A stretch of DNA of 63,882 bases, counting the filler, from Octopus bimaculoides (taxonomy: Eukaryota), in NCBI RefSeq assembly GCF_001194135.2. It is 5 parts of 4 records of this genome, joined end to end, with 100 filler letters (N's around TTAATTAATTAA, not from the genome) between each part and the next. Parts side by side here need not be neighbours in the genome. Positions count along the whole stretch, not along the records: positions 1 to 29,313 come from NC_068992.1; 4 more parts are not named here. One strand, given 5' to 3'. Shown here one piece after another: positions 13,965-25,239 of the stretch. The notes beneath the pieces are model-generated. The model saw nothing but the letters and a program-made list of their open reading frames with translations. It did no database searches and had not been told where the DNA came from. Each line of letters opens with the position of its first letter. Within the stretch, counting starts at the first letter, position 1. Both the position numbers and the translations under genes were made by a program.

Positions 13965-14775
13965 TATATCTTGCGTTGGACATATGGTATTGTTCCTGTG
14001 GTTTTCCACCCTTATGTATCTATTTTTACTATAAGATGAATTCTAGCTCATGCTGAGCACTTCAACTCTAGCCCGTCTTTATGTATTGTTATATTAACAA
14101 TACATAATTATACAAAAATTACAGCCTGTATATATATNNNNNNNNNNNNNNNNNNNNNNNNNNNNNNNNNNNNNNNNNNNNNNNNNNNNNNNNNNNNNNN
14201 NNNNNNNNNNNNNNNNNNNNNNNNNNNNNNNNNNNNNNNNNNNNNNNNNNNNNNNNNNNNNNNNNNNNNNNNNNNNNNNNNNNNNNNNNNNNNNNNNNNN
14301 NNNNNNNNNNNNNNNNNNNNNNNNNNNNNNNNNNNNNNNNNNNNNNNNNNNNNNNNNNNNNNNNNNNNNNNNNNNNNNNNNNNNNNNNNNNNNNNNNNNN
14401 NNNNNNNNNNNNNNNNNNNNNNNNNNNNNNNNNNNNNNNNNNNNNNNNNNNNNNNNNNNNNNNNNNNNNNNNNNNNNNNNNNNNNNNNNNNNNNNNNNNN
14501 NNNNNNNNNNNNNNNNNNNNNNNNNNNNNNNNNNNNNNNNNNNNNNNNNNNNNNNNNNNNNNNNNNNNNNNNNNNNNNNNNNNNNNNNNNNNNNNNNNNN
14601 NNNNNNNNNNNNNNNNNNNNNNNNNNNNNNNNNNNNNNNNNNNNNNNNNNNNNNNNNNNNNNNNNNNNNNNNNNNNNNNNNNNNNNNNNNNNNNNNNNNN
14701 NNNNNNNNNNNNNNNNNNNNNNNNNNNNNNNNNNNNNNNNNNNNNNNNNNNNNNNNNNNNNNNNNNNNNNNNNNN

Positions 14776-14806
<31 letters not shown>

Positions 14807-14814
14807 TTGCGTGT

Positions 14815-14960
14815 GCGTATATACACGCCGGGCTTCTAGTCGTTTCCGTTTACGAAATACGCTCACAAGGATTTGGACGGCTCTAGGCTATTCTAGAAGT
14901 CGGTTCCCAAGACGCCATGCAGTGTTAGTCAACTTAAAACCATGTGGTTCGGAAGCAATA
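14815..14960 (-). mobile_element. SINE family B head fragment
   Basis: CGGGCTTCTAGTCGTTTCCGTTTACGAAATACGCTCACAAGG...AACCATGTGG is homologous to family B. Confidence 0.55.
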
Positions 14961-16021
14961 CATGTACATGTGTATATAGATGTGTGCGTCCGCGCGCGCG
15001 TGTGTATGTTTGTGTGATAGAAGGAGTGAAAAAGAGAGATGTGTGTACAGACTAGTCGGGATGTTGGGGTGAATGTCTTCCAATAACGACAAGCATTTTA
15101 GCGTTGCGAGTTCACATTTTAATTAACTGACAGCAACTGACATCCTTCATGTATAACTATGTATAACGCGGTCACACACTAAATCATTAAACGCGGTCAT
15201 GTATTTATTTATATGTGTAGCTTGTATCTAAATAAACATATTAAGCAGAATTACGTCGAAAACCTATAAAAGCACTGTATTCGATATCAATATCATAAGA
15301 TATCAGTTTTCTTTAGAGTATGCCATACGCACTGGAGCGGTATTGATGTCGTCTATAATTACAGATATTTATAAAGATATTCATATTTTTATTAAGCTCG
15401 CTGTGAAATTGCGAAGTTTACATATATAATTTATGTATTGTATATGTAAATGTAGATAAATAATAGAAGAATAAATATATAAACCTGTGGTATTGTACAT
15501 ACGTAATAATAATAAATAAATAAATAAAGCTTCTCACAAGTAATTATGTCCCGAGACGTCTTAAATAATGTGAGGTAATCAATTTTTAAGGTCTCATTTC
15601 CATGTGTGAATGCATTCAGATTTAAACTTATTCAAAACAATTGAATCACTTCGACGTTAATGACCAGAAAACAGGCAATTTTCTACTCGACATTCGTTTT
15701 CTAGTATCGTCCGGGGATCTTGCCAAACTTCAAGAGATATTTATTGATTTTCTTCACAGGCATTTATTTCTTTACAGCTGAATCATTCTTTGTCAAGAGT
15801 CAATCCTTATTTTATTTATTTATTTTTTCGATATTCCTTGGCGTCTATTTAAAATACTTCAACTTCAAATATGTTTCTACACCATAGAAAATCTCCAATA
15901 GAAATTGTTTTATTTTATTTGATATTATCATATATTTTATCTTTCATGTATTTCACTTTTATCATCTTTATTGCCTTTTTCTATATTTTCTTGAATTCGA
16001 TCGAATGATAATTATAAATTC

Positions 16022-16026
<5 letters not shown>

Positions 16027-16105
<79 letters not shown>
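16027..16105. repeat. (TC)n microsatellite
   Basis: Direct reading. Confidence 0.95.
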
Positions 16106-16109
<4 letters not shown>

Positions 16110-17923
16110 CGTAGTTTAGTTGTAAAGTATGTAGTTAAATATTTCTAAAATGATATTACAAAATTTACTCTTCAATATGCTGTACATCGGAAATATAAAT
16201 GTTCTTAACTGCAATTAGTTATAATGAAATGTAACATCTGATATCCTGTCACAAGGAGGCAGTGATTAATTATGGGCGAGAAATATATAACTTTCTTGGC
16301 AGAAAAGTAATGATATCACCTTAAATACGTGTGTCTTCTACAATACTCTCCAGGAACGTAATACAATAAGCAAATTCAGCTTATTTATTCCAGCTAAAAA
16401 CTAGAATCAACAAAAATAAATGAAAAGTTGCGTAACTTTAGGCTGTGTTACGACGCTTGTTTCCCAACTATATTGTTCTGGATTCAGTTTCACTGTATGG
16501 CAGTTTGAGAAAGAAAATGTCATCTACTATAGCCTAGTGCCGACCAAAGCCGGATTTGGCAGACGGAAACTGGAAGAATCCCGTCGTATGTATGTGTGAG
16601 TGTGAGTGTGTGTGTGAGTGTGTGTGTGTGTGTGTGTTAGTGTTTATGTTTGTCCACCTACCTCCGTTTGAGAACTGGTGCCGCTGTGTATACGTCCTCG
16701 TAACGTAGCTGTTCCGCAAAACACATCTATAGAATAAATAGCAAGCTTCAAAAAGTAAAAAACAATAATAATACAGGGCGTGATTCGTTCGACTCCAATT
16801 TTTGAAAGTTGTGGCCCAGCATGGCCGCAGTCTGAAAACTGAAATTAGTAAGGAATAGAAGCCGTAACTTCGAAGCACAGTACAATTTCACATTACATAT
16901 TCTCAATGTTGTTTCCTAATGTTACCCTAGGATTAACCAACTGGAAAAAAAAGATGAATCTACAAACGATCGCTATAAGCATTTAAGTAACCGTGACATC
17001 AGGAAAAGGAACATCTGAAGGGAATCAACCAACATGAAGTTTGGATGATTACCTGGCAAAAGTAATTAACGAACACTTTTGAAAATTAATGTGGTATGCA
17101 GAAACTCATACAACCAGAGCACTGGATAACTATTGGACAAAAGCAAGTGTTCAGAAGATCTGATATATAGATGACGTCATTAGGAAGTTAATCAACCGGA
17201 AATCCAGTCTAATGCCAACCCAAAATATGTGAGCAGATTCTCCAAAAAAATATATTGTGTATGTAGTAGTCAGTAGATCACAGCACTAGGCTATTGGCGG
17301 ACGAAAACAAGAGACGTAATTGATGCTATAATTAATCAATACTTGAACCTATGTCTCAAAAATCTATATATACACTGCAACTTCAGCTTAAAACAGTTCG
17401 AGATCTCACCAGCCGCGAATTCCAGTACCACGACTGAGCGAATCTAATTGTTAACATAACTTATTGCTTTGAAACGTAGTGAAACTTCAATCATGTTAAG
17501 AAATTCATTGAACATTTGATCTTTATTAGACTGTAATATTCTGAAATGTAGTAAATACATGAACTGTGTGAAAATTTGCTTTTTCTTAAGTCAGTTTTAC
17601 TGAAATTTCGCCCAAACCATCAATTTTTTTAAAAAACTGAATTTTATTTATCTTTGGACATTACAGATATGTTGACACCGGTTTGGAATTTCATGAACTA
17701 CGATGTGATTTAAGTCTCGAGTGCATTTGAATCAGAAAATTAGCCCTCCTATATTCTTTCCTCTGTAGAAAGTGGAAATGAACGTCTTATCGCTATATGC
17801 GCGTGTGTGTTTGTGCGCGCGCCCGCACAATATATATGTGTACATATATATTGATATGTAGATTTGATTACACACACACGCACACACACACACACACACA
17901 CATATAAATATAATAAAGAGAAG

Positions 17924-18203
17924 AAAATAGAGTTGTTGGTTGATATTTAGTTATCGATGTATTGATAATTATTTCTTCCTACAGCTGTTTCCTTTTGTAC
18001 TCTTTGAATAAATTGCATTTGTATTCATAAATTATAAGCAACATATCATCAGGGGAAAGTAGACCTTATAAAATTGCATGTTTTCCTATCTCCTCCTTCC
18101 CACAAACTGTTGGAATGAACAGATGAAGAAATGGAAACAGCCTTAGGAAGAAATTATGATCAATATATTAGTAAATAGATATTAACCAACAACTCTCAAT
18201 TTT
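17924..18203. repeat. ~280-bp foldback (inverted repeat) element with hammerhead-derived arms
   Basis: The left arm AAAATAGAGTTGTTGGTTGATATTTAG...TTTCTTCCTACAGCTGTTTCC (17924-17992) is the reverse complement of the right arm GGAAACAGCCTTAGGAAGAAATTA...ATATTAACCAACAACTCTCAATTTT (18133-18203), with mismatches. Confidence 0.75.
17976..18057 (-). ncRNA. Degenerate type-I hammerhead motif
   Basis: Minus strand reads TTCC-C-CTGATGA-[long stem II with TGAAT/ATTCA hairpin]-GAA-ACAGCTGT-A-GGAA, with palindromic helix III. The base of stem II is decayed. Confidence 0.6.
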
Positions 18204-18429
18204 CTATTCTTAATATAATATCGATTATATACTTAATATACTGATGTAGGGAAAGTATATTTCCCAAAGACATAAGGTATAAAACCAGTCCTTTATTGGA
18301 TGCAATCATCCCTTTAAGAGGTAAATATATCATCTAATTAACTTATACGTATATGTATAATATATATATATATATGAGTGTGTGTGTATACATACATCCA
18401 TATATATATATATATATATATGCATACAA

Positions 18430-18630
18430 ACATTTTTTAGGCCGCCGGAAAAATTCTTACAAGCATGAGTTCCGTCTATGTTCCGATTTCGAATTCCGCC
18501 GAGGGTGACTTTCCTTTTCATGCTTCTGGGTCGATACAATAACTACCATTTGAACACTGGAGTAGATGTAATCGATTGAGACCATCCTCCGAAATTGCTG
18601 GCCTTCTGCCAAATTTGGAAATAAATATTA
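18430..18630 (-). mobile_element. Degenerate SINE family A
   Basis: GAATTCCGCCGAGGGTGACTTTCCTTTTCAT...TCGATACAATAACTACC is homologous to family A; orientation is uncertain because the copy is degenerate. Confidence 0.4.
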
Positions 18631-20814
18631 TTGTTGTTATTCTTAAATTATTGATATTATGAAAGCTAACACGTGTTTCTTTGCAATTCGTGTTGTTGGG
18701 AAAGATTTTTCTCTTTTCTTATTGTATATTTCAGATATATTCGTTATTAAAAAATTGAGTGGGAAGTGAAGACCGCCCATTATATTTTGTTGACAACTGT
18801 AAATGAACGAAGTAATTTTGAAAAAAAAAAACTGTTGTTTGGATTTATAATTTAATTACTACTCGAGTAAATACAGTTAGGTGGGGGAGAATAGAGGCGG
18901 GTGAATAAAACACGAAATAGCCGGAGGATATGGAGAAAATACGTCCCACACCCATATTCCCAAGCTACAGTTTTTTTGTCTTCTAGTTTAACATTTAAAA
19001 GGATAAATATTTCCTCACAACAAAACTGTATCCGCAACCACTCTGCCTACAGGCCGATGCAGCTGTATCGCTAGCATAAGAAACTTTAATAAAAACATCG
19101 GCATCACTACTACAAGTACACTGCCACCAATTAATTTAATTGTCTTGACTATAATATGCAATACAAAATGAGCAGTAGAATCCCCCGTGAACACCACCTA
19201 GAATATTGCTTCTTTATGTTACTACAGGGAACAATATACCAACGACAAAACCAAGAGTAATAACAGCATTATAAACAACTTCTCTCTTAAGAGCACTGGA
19301 AAACGAGTTTATTTATGAGACGATGAATCATTCGAACAGGTAACATTAACAATGAAAGTAAAAGAACCAAGATTCTCATTCGTAGAAATGACAAGGTCAT
19401 CCCTATATTCGTAACCCAAATTTCTTGAAGGAAACAGTAAGAATCTTTGATATACTGGTGCCTGGTCGTTGAGGTTAGTCGGACGCTTAATTAGTAGAAA
19501 ATTATCTGAGAAGGATGGTAGAAGGGAAAGTCCTTTGGCTGACGATATCAAGTATTTGGGGTTTTTTTCCAGAGGTAACTTGTAAATTCTCACTGTGAAA
19601 AGCAATATAAGGGATATTTCTCAACGGTTAGTATGCAAAAGCTGGGTCTAGTAAAATAAAAATCTAGAACAGAACCTCACATAAATATGCTCTTCGAACA
19701 TCACCACACTACGTTTATGTTTGATAAGGTCTTGCAAGTAAAGTGGAAGACAGCAGTATTTGACTCTTAGACGCAAAAAGGCCTGTTTTAGTTAATATGT
19801 CTTAGGTAAGTAATGGATTTTTACTAGCTTGCTTTCACAAATTCTGGCAGAGATCCATCATGACGACCGTCAAACTAGGAGGATATTCTCAGCTGCGTTA
19901 ACCAGGGTGGGTGGATCTAGAGAAAAAACTCATAAAATGAGATGATTATTTTCTACAACGTAATATTGAAACGGCGTCCATTCGGAACCGCTACATTTTA
20001 CAAGCACGGGCGTATTAAAGGCGTCATGTCTTGCCGCTTCTGTATATTGGGGTGGTTATAAATGTTGTTGGGGAGTCACCTGACCAAACGGTGAGGTGAC
20101 ATAATTGACGTGTCCGTAAGGTTTAAGACACTGCTGAAATTTAAAGTGTTTAGATCCATGTTGAAGTGACTGGACGAAAGAAGAGGAGCATATATTAATG
20201 AGGACAATCGATATCATTTCAGCTCCCAATTTAATGAATCGGATCGGTGATATGCTCTAAAATTACAAGTGAGAAAATGCGCTCATATTTTAAACATATT
20301 TATTGTAGTTATATTTGGTTTCCTCCAACGCACTTCGTTTGCTTATATCTAGTTCCTTGAAAAGCACAACCAGTGGTTTTCTACACTTCCTTCAGAAACA
20401 TACCCATTTATCTACATCTGTTCATATCCCGAGAAGTTCGAGTTGTGTATATCTATCCCCTCTGTAGCACTTCCAGTCGTTTTATCTTGTTCTCTTAATA
20501 GAACTTACAATGCCTTAGATGCAGGGAGAGAGGGATAAAAGAATTTTGCAAAGCACCAACCGCTAGCTTTAAGGTGAATGCAGTATATATGTACTTGGTT
20601 GAGTGGCCACAAATCCTTGTCTCTCTGTTTGGTTATAGCATTTAATAATTTCGTAACCTACCGTTATATGTGTCTGCATTTCTTTAAACAGAATCGATTC
20701 AACGTAAAAATGTTTTTCTCATTGAACTTCACCTGTCGCTGCTACAGAAAAGAGAAGTAAAAACAAAACTGGAACTGGAGCAACATGCAATAATATGGCC
20801 TAACCCAAGAACAC

Positions 20815-20890
20815 AATACATAGTCCGGAGAGGGAATCGAAACCACAATCTCATGACTGTCAGGCCGCTGCTCTAACACTGAACCATGCA
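20815..20890 (-). mobile_element. tRNA-like SINE head (pseudo-tRNA)
   Basis: Minus strand reads TGGTTCAGTGTTAGAGCAGCGG...GGTTTCGATTCCC with A-box and B-box-like motifs; it resembles the head of 37767-38140. There is no convincing acceptor stem. Confidence 0.5.
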
Positions 20891-21938
20891 CCTACCGATA
20901 ACTACATACATACGTACATACATGCATGCATGCATACATACATACATAAATACACACATGCATACATACATACATACATACATACATACATACATACATA
21001 CATACATACATACATACATACGTATGCACTCCCAGAATTTGTGACAGCAGAAAGAGAAAACCATGAGAGACTAATGTTTATATAATTGTTAGTTTCTGAC
21101 TTGTATATTCTTACATTCCCTCACTTCGGTGTTGACTTTGGCGCAGATGCTCTGAGAATCAATAAGTATTCTGAAACTGATTTGGTATTTGAAAAATACA
21201 ATCATACTCTTCTATAGATTCAAAATCGAACCAATTAATTTTACAGTAACTTGTTTTTCCTACTGCTTTAAGTGATATCCTACTGATACAAAATCATGGA
21301 GGTTCTTATTTCACATGTATAAGCACATAAAGGCATACACGCGCACTCACACACACACGCACTCACACACACACGCACACAAAAACACGCAAATACACAT
21401 ACACACAAACATGCGCACACATACATAGATATAGGGTATAGACCAGTACCTTCGGTCACGAATATCATGAGATTGCACCTAGAAAGTTCCTCTCTGAGGC
21501 ACAAACCTGGGCAGGATTGTTTGTGGAAGGTCACCAGTCGCCCACGCTTACCAGTCTTCCTTCTTCTTGCCACCGATGTTGTCCAAGGAAAAAGCAAAGG
21601 TCGTTTGAAACTTTATTGGTATCATTTATTTACCATTACACGTTTCATTTGCTAATAGGAATTACACAGTTTTACATTCTAGACAGACAGGTAAGGAATT
21701 TTCTATTAGAAATTCTTCAGACAGAGATATTAGATGATGCAGATTTTACGTTTGGATGAAGCATTTATATTTAGTTAATAATCAGAAGCAGTTAGAGTGA
21801 AGAAAGAATGAGCAAATTACAGAAACGGGTAAGAGAGTGAGAGGGTGACATACATACACATTCACACGTGCGCATATATATATATATATACAAATATACA
21901 CATAATAAATATGCATATGTATGAATATATATACAAAT

Positions 21939-21972
<34 letters not shown>

Positions 21973-22693
21973 GCGTGTGTGTGTGTGTGTGTTTGTGTGT
22001 GTGTATGAAAAAATAAGTTCGAAAGAGAACAATTCAAACTATTTGAGAGGTCCAAAATAAGAGAAAGAATGATTTCTAATAAAGATTCATCATATTCATT
22101 AAAAAAACAGTCAGAGCATGTAATAAGAATATGAAAATAGCGGTTGAAAATTATAGAAATATCATTATAGGTATTAAAATACCATAAACGATTATAGCAA
22201 AATGGAGGAGAAAAAGATGTCGAATCAAAATTAGATCTAATACTGAATAGGATTCAATACGTACGCGCGTTTCAAAGGACAATACAAATATGTCAGAATA
22301 TTAATTTACAATATATATGTTTATATACTATTTATGTTTTTCATTATCCAAAGCTAGTTATTTTATTTCTATTAATATAATCAAATTTTAGAGAATTTTC
22401 ATTTAACTGTATCATCTATCTATTTTATATTTTCTAGGTGTATCAGTTTCATTGGTGTTTAGGGCCAATAAACGCCTTCTTTTTAACTTTACTAATAAAA
22501 TTAAAACTATGGTTTGACTCAGGAGAAGTAATATACTGGTGTAATAAATTAAACATCAAAAATATAAAAACCTGGTGTAAATTGATATATATATATATAT
22601 ATATATACAATTAAACCTTGGGAGAGGCATTATGCCGGTAATAAACACACGCACTGGTTCAGTCCTTTATTAATTTAATTTATATAGTTTTTT

Positions 22694-22734
22694 GTTAAAT
22701 TATTTCATTGCACTCTTGCAATCTCTTCAGTAAC
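22694..22734 (-). ncRNA. Minimal type-I hammerhead ribozyme motif, canonical core
   Basis: Minus strand reads GTTA-CTGAAGA-G-ATTGCA(AGAG)TGCAAT-GAA-ATAAT-T-TAAC: perfect 6-bp stem II, 4-bp helix I, minimal helix III and an AUU triplet. Confidence 0.7.
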
Positions 22735-23260
22735 TTGTCTCTCCACTTCCATTTATTTTGAATATATGATCTGGCGTTGTTTTGGCGTTGTTTCGAAACT
22801 GTTTGGTATGAGCATGTGATTGTGTGCNNNNNNNNNNNNNNNNNNNNNNNNNNNNNNNNNNNNNNNNNNNNNNNNNNNNNNNNNNNNNNNNNNNNNNNNN
22901 NNNNNNNNNNNNNNNNNNNNNNNNNNNNNNNNNNNNNNNNNNNNNNNNNNNNNNNNNNNNNNNNNNNNNNNNNNNNNNNNNNNNNNNNNNNNNNNNNNNN
23001 NNNNNNNNNNNNNNNNNNNNNNNNNNNNNNNNNNNNNNNNNNNNNNNNNNNNNNNNNNNNNNNNNNNNNNNNNNNNNNNNNNNNNNNNNNNNNNNNNNNN
23101 NNNNNNNNNNNNNNNNNNNNNNNNNNNNNNNNNNNNNNNNNNNNNNNNNNNNNNNNNNNNNNNNNNNNNNNNNNNNNNNNNNNNNNNNNNNNNNNNNNNN
23201 NNNNNNNNNNNNNNNNNNNNNNNNNNNNNNNNNNNNNNNNNNNNNNNNNNNNNNNNNNNN

Positions 23261-23315
<55 letters not shown>

Positions 23316-23329
23316 TTACTTTCCCCAAC

Positions 23330-24700
23330 TAACCCTATTCTATTAAAGAATGTCCTGTTGTTCGCGAAAAACAATACTAGACTAAATATGAAGGAAATTG
23401 ACATGATATTTGCGGCCAGGAAAGCACTTATGAAATTTCATAATGAATATTGTGTAGGGAAGGACACTAGCGGTAGCTTAGATATTATAATGGGATCAGT
23501 GGACTTAGTGCAGGTCACTGATTTAATGGGAATATTCATATTATTTAACTTAGGTAGGGAATTTCGAGAACCCGGGGGTGGTCTTTACAGGGATGATGCA
23601 CTTTTTTACACTGTCTAATAGGTGATTAGAAACGTATGAGAAAAAATTTCATAAATTCTTCAAGAACAAAGGACTATCAATTCCTATAGAAAACCAACAC
23701 AATTCCGTCAAATTCTCGAACGTTAACTTTAACACAGAAGCAGGGAAACATTAGACATACCATAAGCCGAATACTAAGCTAACATACATCAAGAAAAAGG
23801 AATCATCCGAAAAGCATTACACATATTTTCTACTAAAATATATCAAAAAACAATATCTAATATCTCGCCCTAAGAGGAAATATTTAGGTAGAATGTTGAT
23901 TATTATAATGTAGCCCTAAGAAAGACAGGATATAAACAAAAATTAAAATACTATGGGACTAAGGAAACTAAGGAAATGATAAGGACTATGCGAATACGAC
24001 GCAATATAAACATAATTTGATGTACTGCAGACCAAACGGAAATTCTAATAGTAAAAACTGCACGCAAAACAAAATTCACAATGATAAGATAAATGTTGGG
24101 GAAAATAAGCTTGAGAATACAATGACCTGGAAAGGAACGCAATGAAAAAGAAGTTGGAGTAATATGAAACAAAATAACAGGAAACTAATTGAAAAAATAA
24201 GCAAACCAAACACATATAACAGGAATGGAAATGACAAAGAAGTAATAAGATTTAAAGATATGAGAACAGGAGAAAAAGCCTAAAACAAAACATAGCATAA
24301 ATGATGGTAATTGAGAATATGTAAACGAAAACCAAAATAGATTGAAAAAATACAACATGGTAGTGATTGAGAACCTAAACAATAGTATTCATAGAACTTA
24401 TCTAAAGCGTTGGACCCCATACATAAATGCAGTTAATCAACATAGGGTCACTCTAAGAGAAACTACCATGATAGAGCATGGTTCATGATTCCATTTGCGA
24501 AACAAATAAAGGCCTACATAATAAAGCTATTCTATAAAGCTATATCTATACATTTACAGAGGAAAACAAATATCACGAAGAAATTAAGATATGACAATTA
24601 AAGGCGGGATTTAGTGCTTCAAAAAAATTGCACAAATTAGCAAAGTCAAACAACTTGACACACACATACATAGAGAAATAAGAAAATTAGAACAATAAAG
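23330..24700 (+). mobile_element. Penelope-like element reverse transcriptase remnant
   Basis: LLFAKNNT...AARKALM...LDIIMGSVDLVQVTDLMGIFIL...GLYRDDA; then FFKNKGLSIPIE...YHKPNTKLTYI...NHPKSI; and WFMIPF...KLFYKAISIH. These are degenerate versions of the PLE motifs FDVTMGSYDGAE, GLYRDDG and WFNPPF. Confidence 0.8.
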
Positions 24701-25239
24701 CCTAAAGGTGAATATGCTAAGACACACTCACTCTGATGCATTTACAAATGCATGGTGATATCTCAATCGGCAATGAACTCTCAATCGTTTAGAATGTAAA
24801 GGTAAAATGTCGATTTTGACCCTGAAGAGACCTCTGTCTTCTGAATTCATAATGCAATTGTTAATTGTAAACTGAAAGGAAGTGGGTATTGAAACGGTCG
24901 TAGGTCTTACGTAATCGAAAGCTATGTAGATAAATTGATTTGGCTGTATTCAAACTCTCCATTTTCTACGCACATACAAATGCACAAACACGTATGCATG
25001 CAAACATACAAACACACATAGATATAGATCTTTACATACACATATATTTTTACACAAATACATAGACATGAACAAAATCACACACTATACATACGTTCAT
25101 ACACATATACATTTACATACACCATTACACACTAAATATGAAAGATTTACAAATAGCTACATATAAATATTTTGACACGACAAAACATACAACTGGATGT
25201 ATAATCATATATAAATAATTAATACCGTAAGACGCAATT

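Noticed and set aside
19309-19605. Minus ORF with NLNDQAPVY resembling the cadherin DxNDNxPxF motif
   Set aside because: No PE/LDRE or AxDxG motifs at the right spacing, and the frame is closed by stops.
20815-20890. Possible tRNA gene
   Set aside because: It has A and B boxes but no complete cloverleaf; treated as a SINE head.
24821-24850. CTGAAGA-GAC(CTCT)GTC
   Set aside because: It lacks GAAA and helices I and III.
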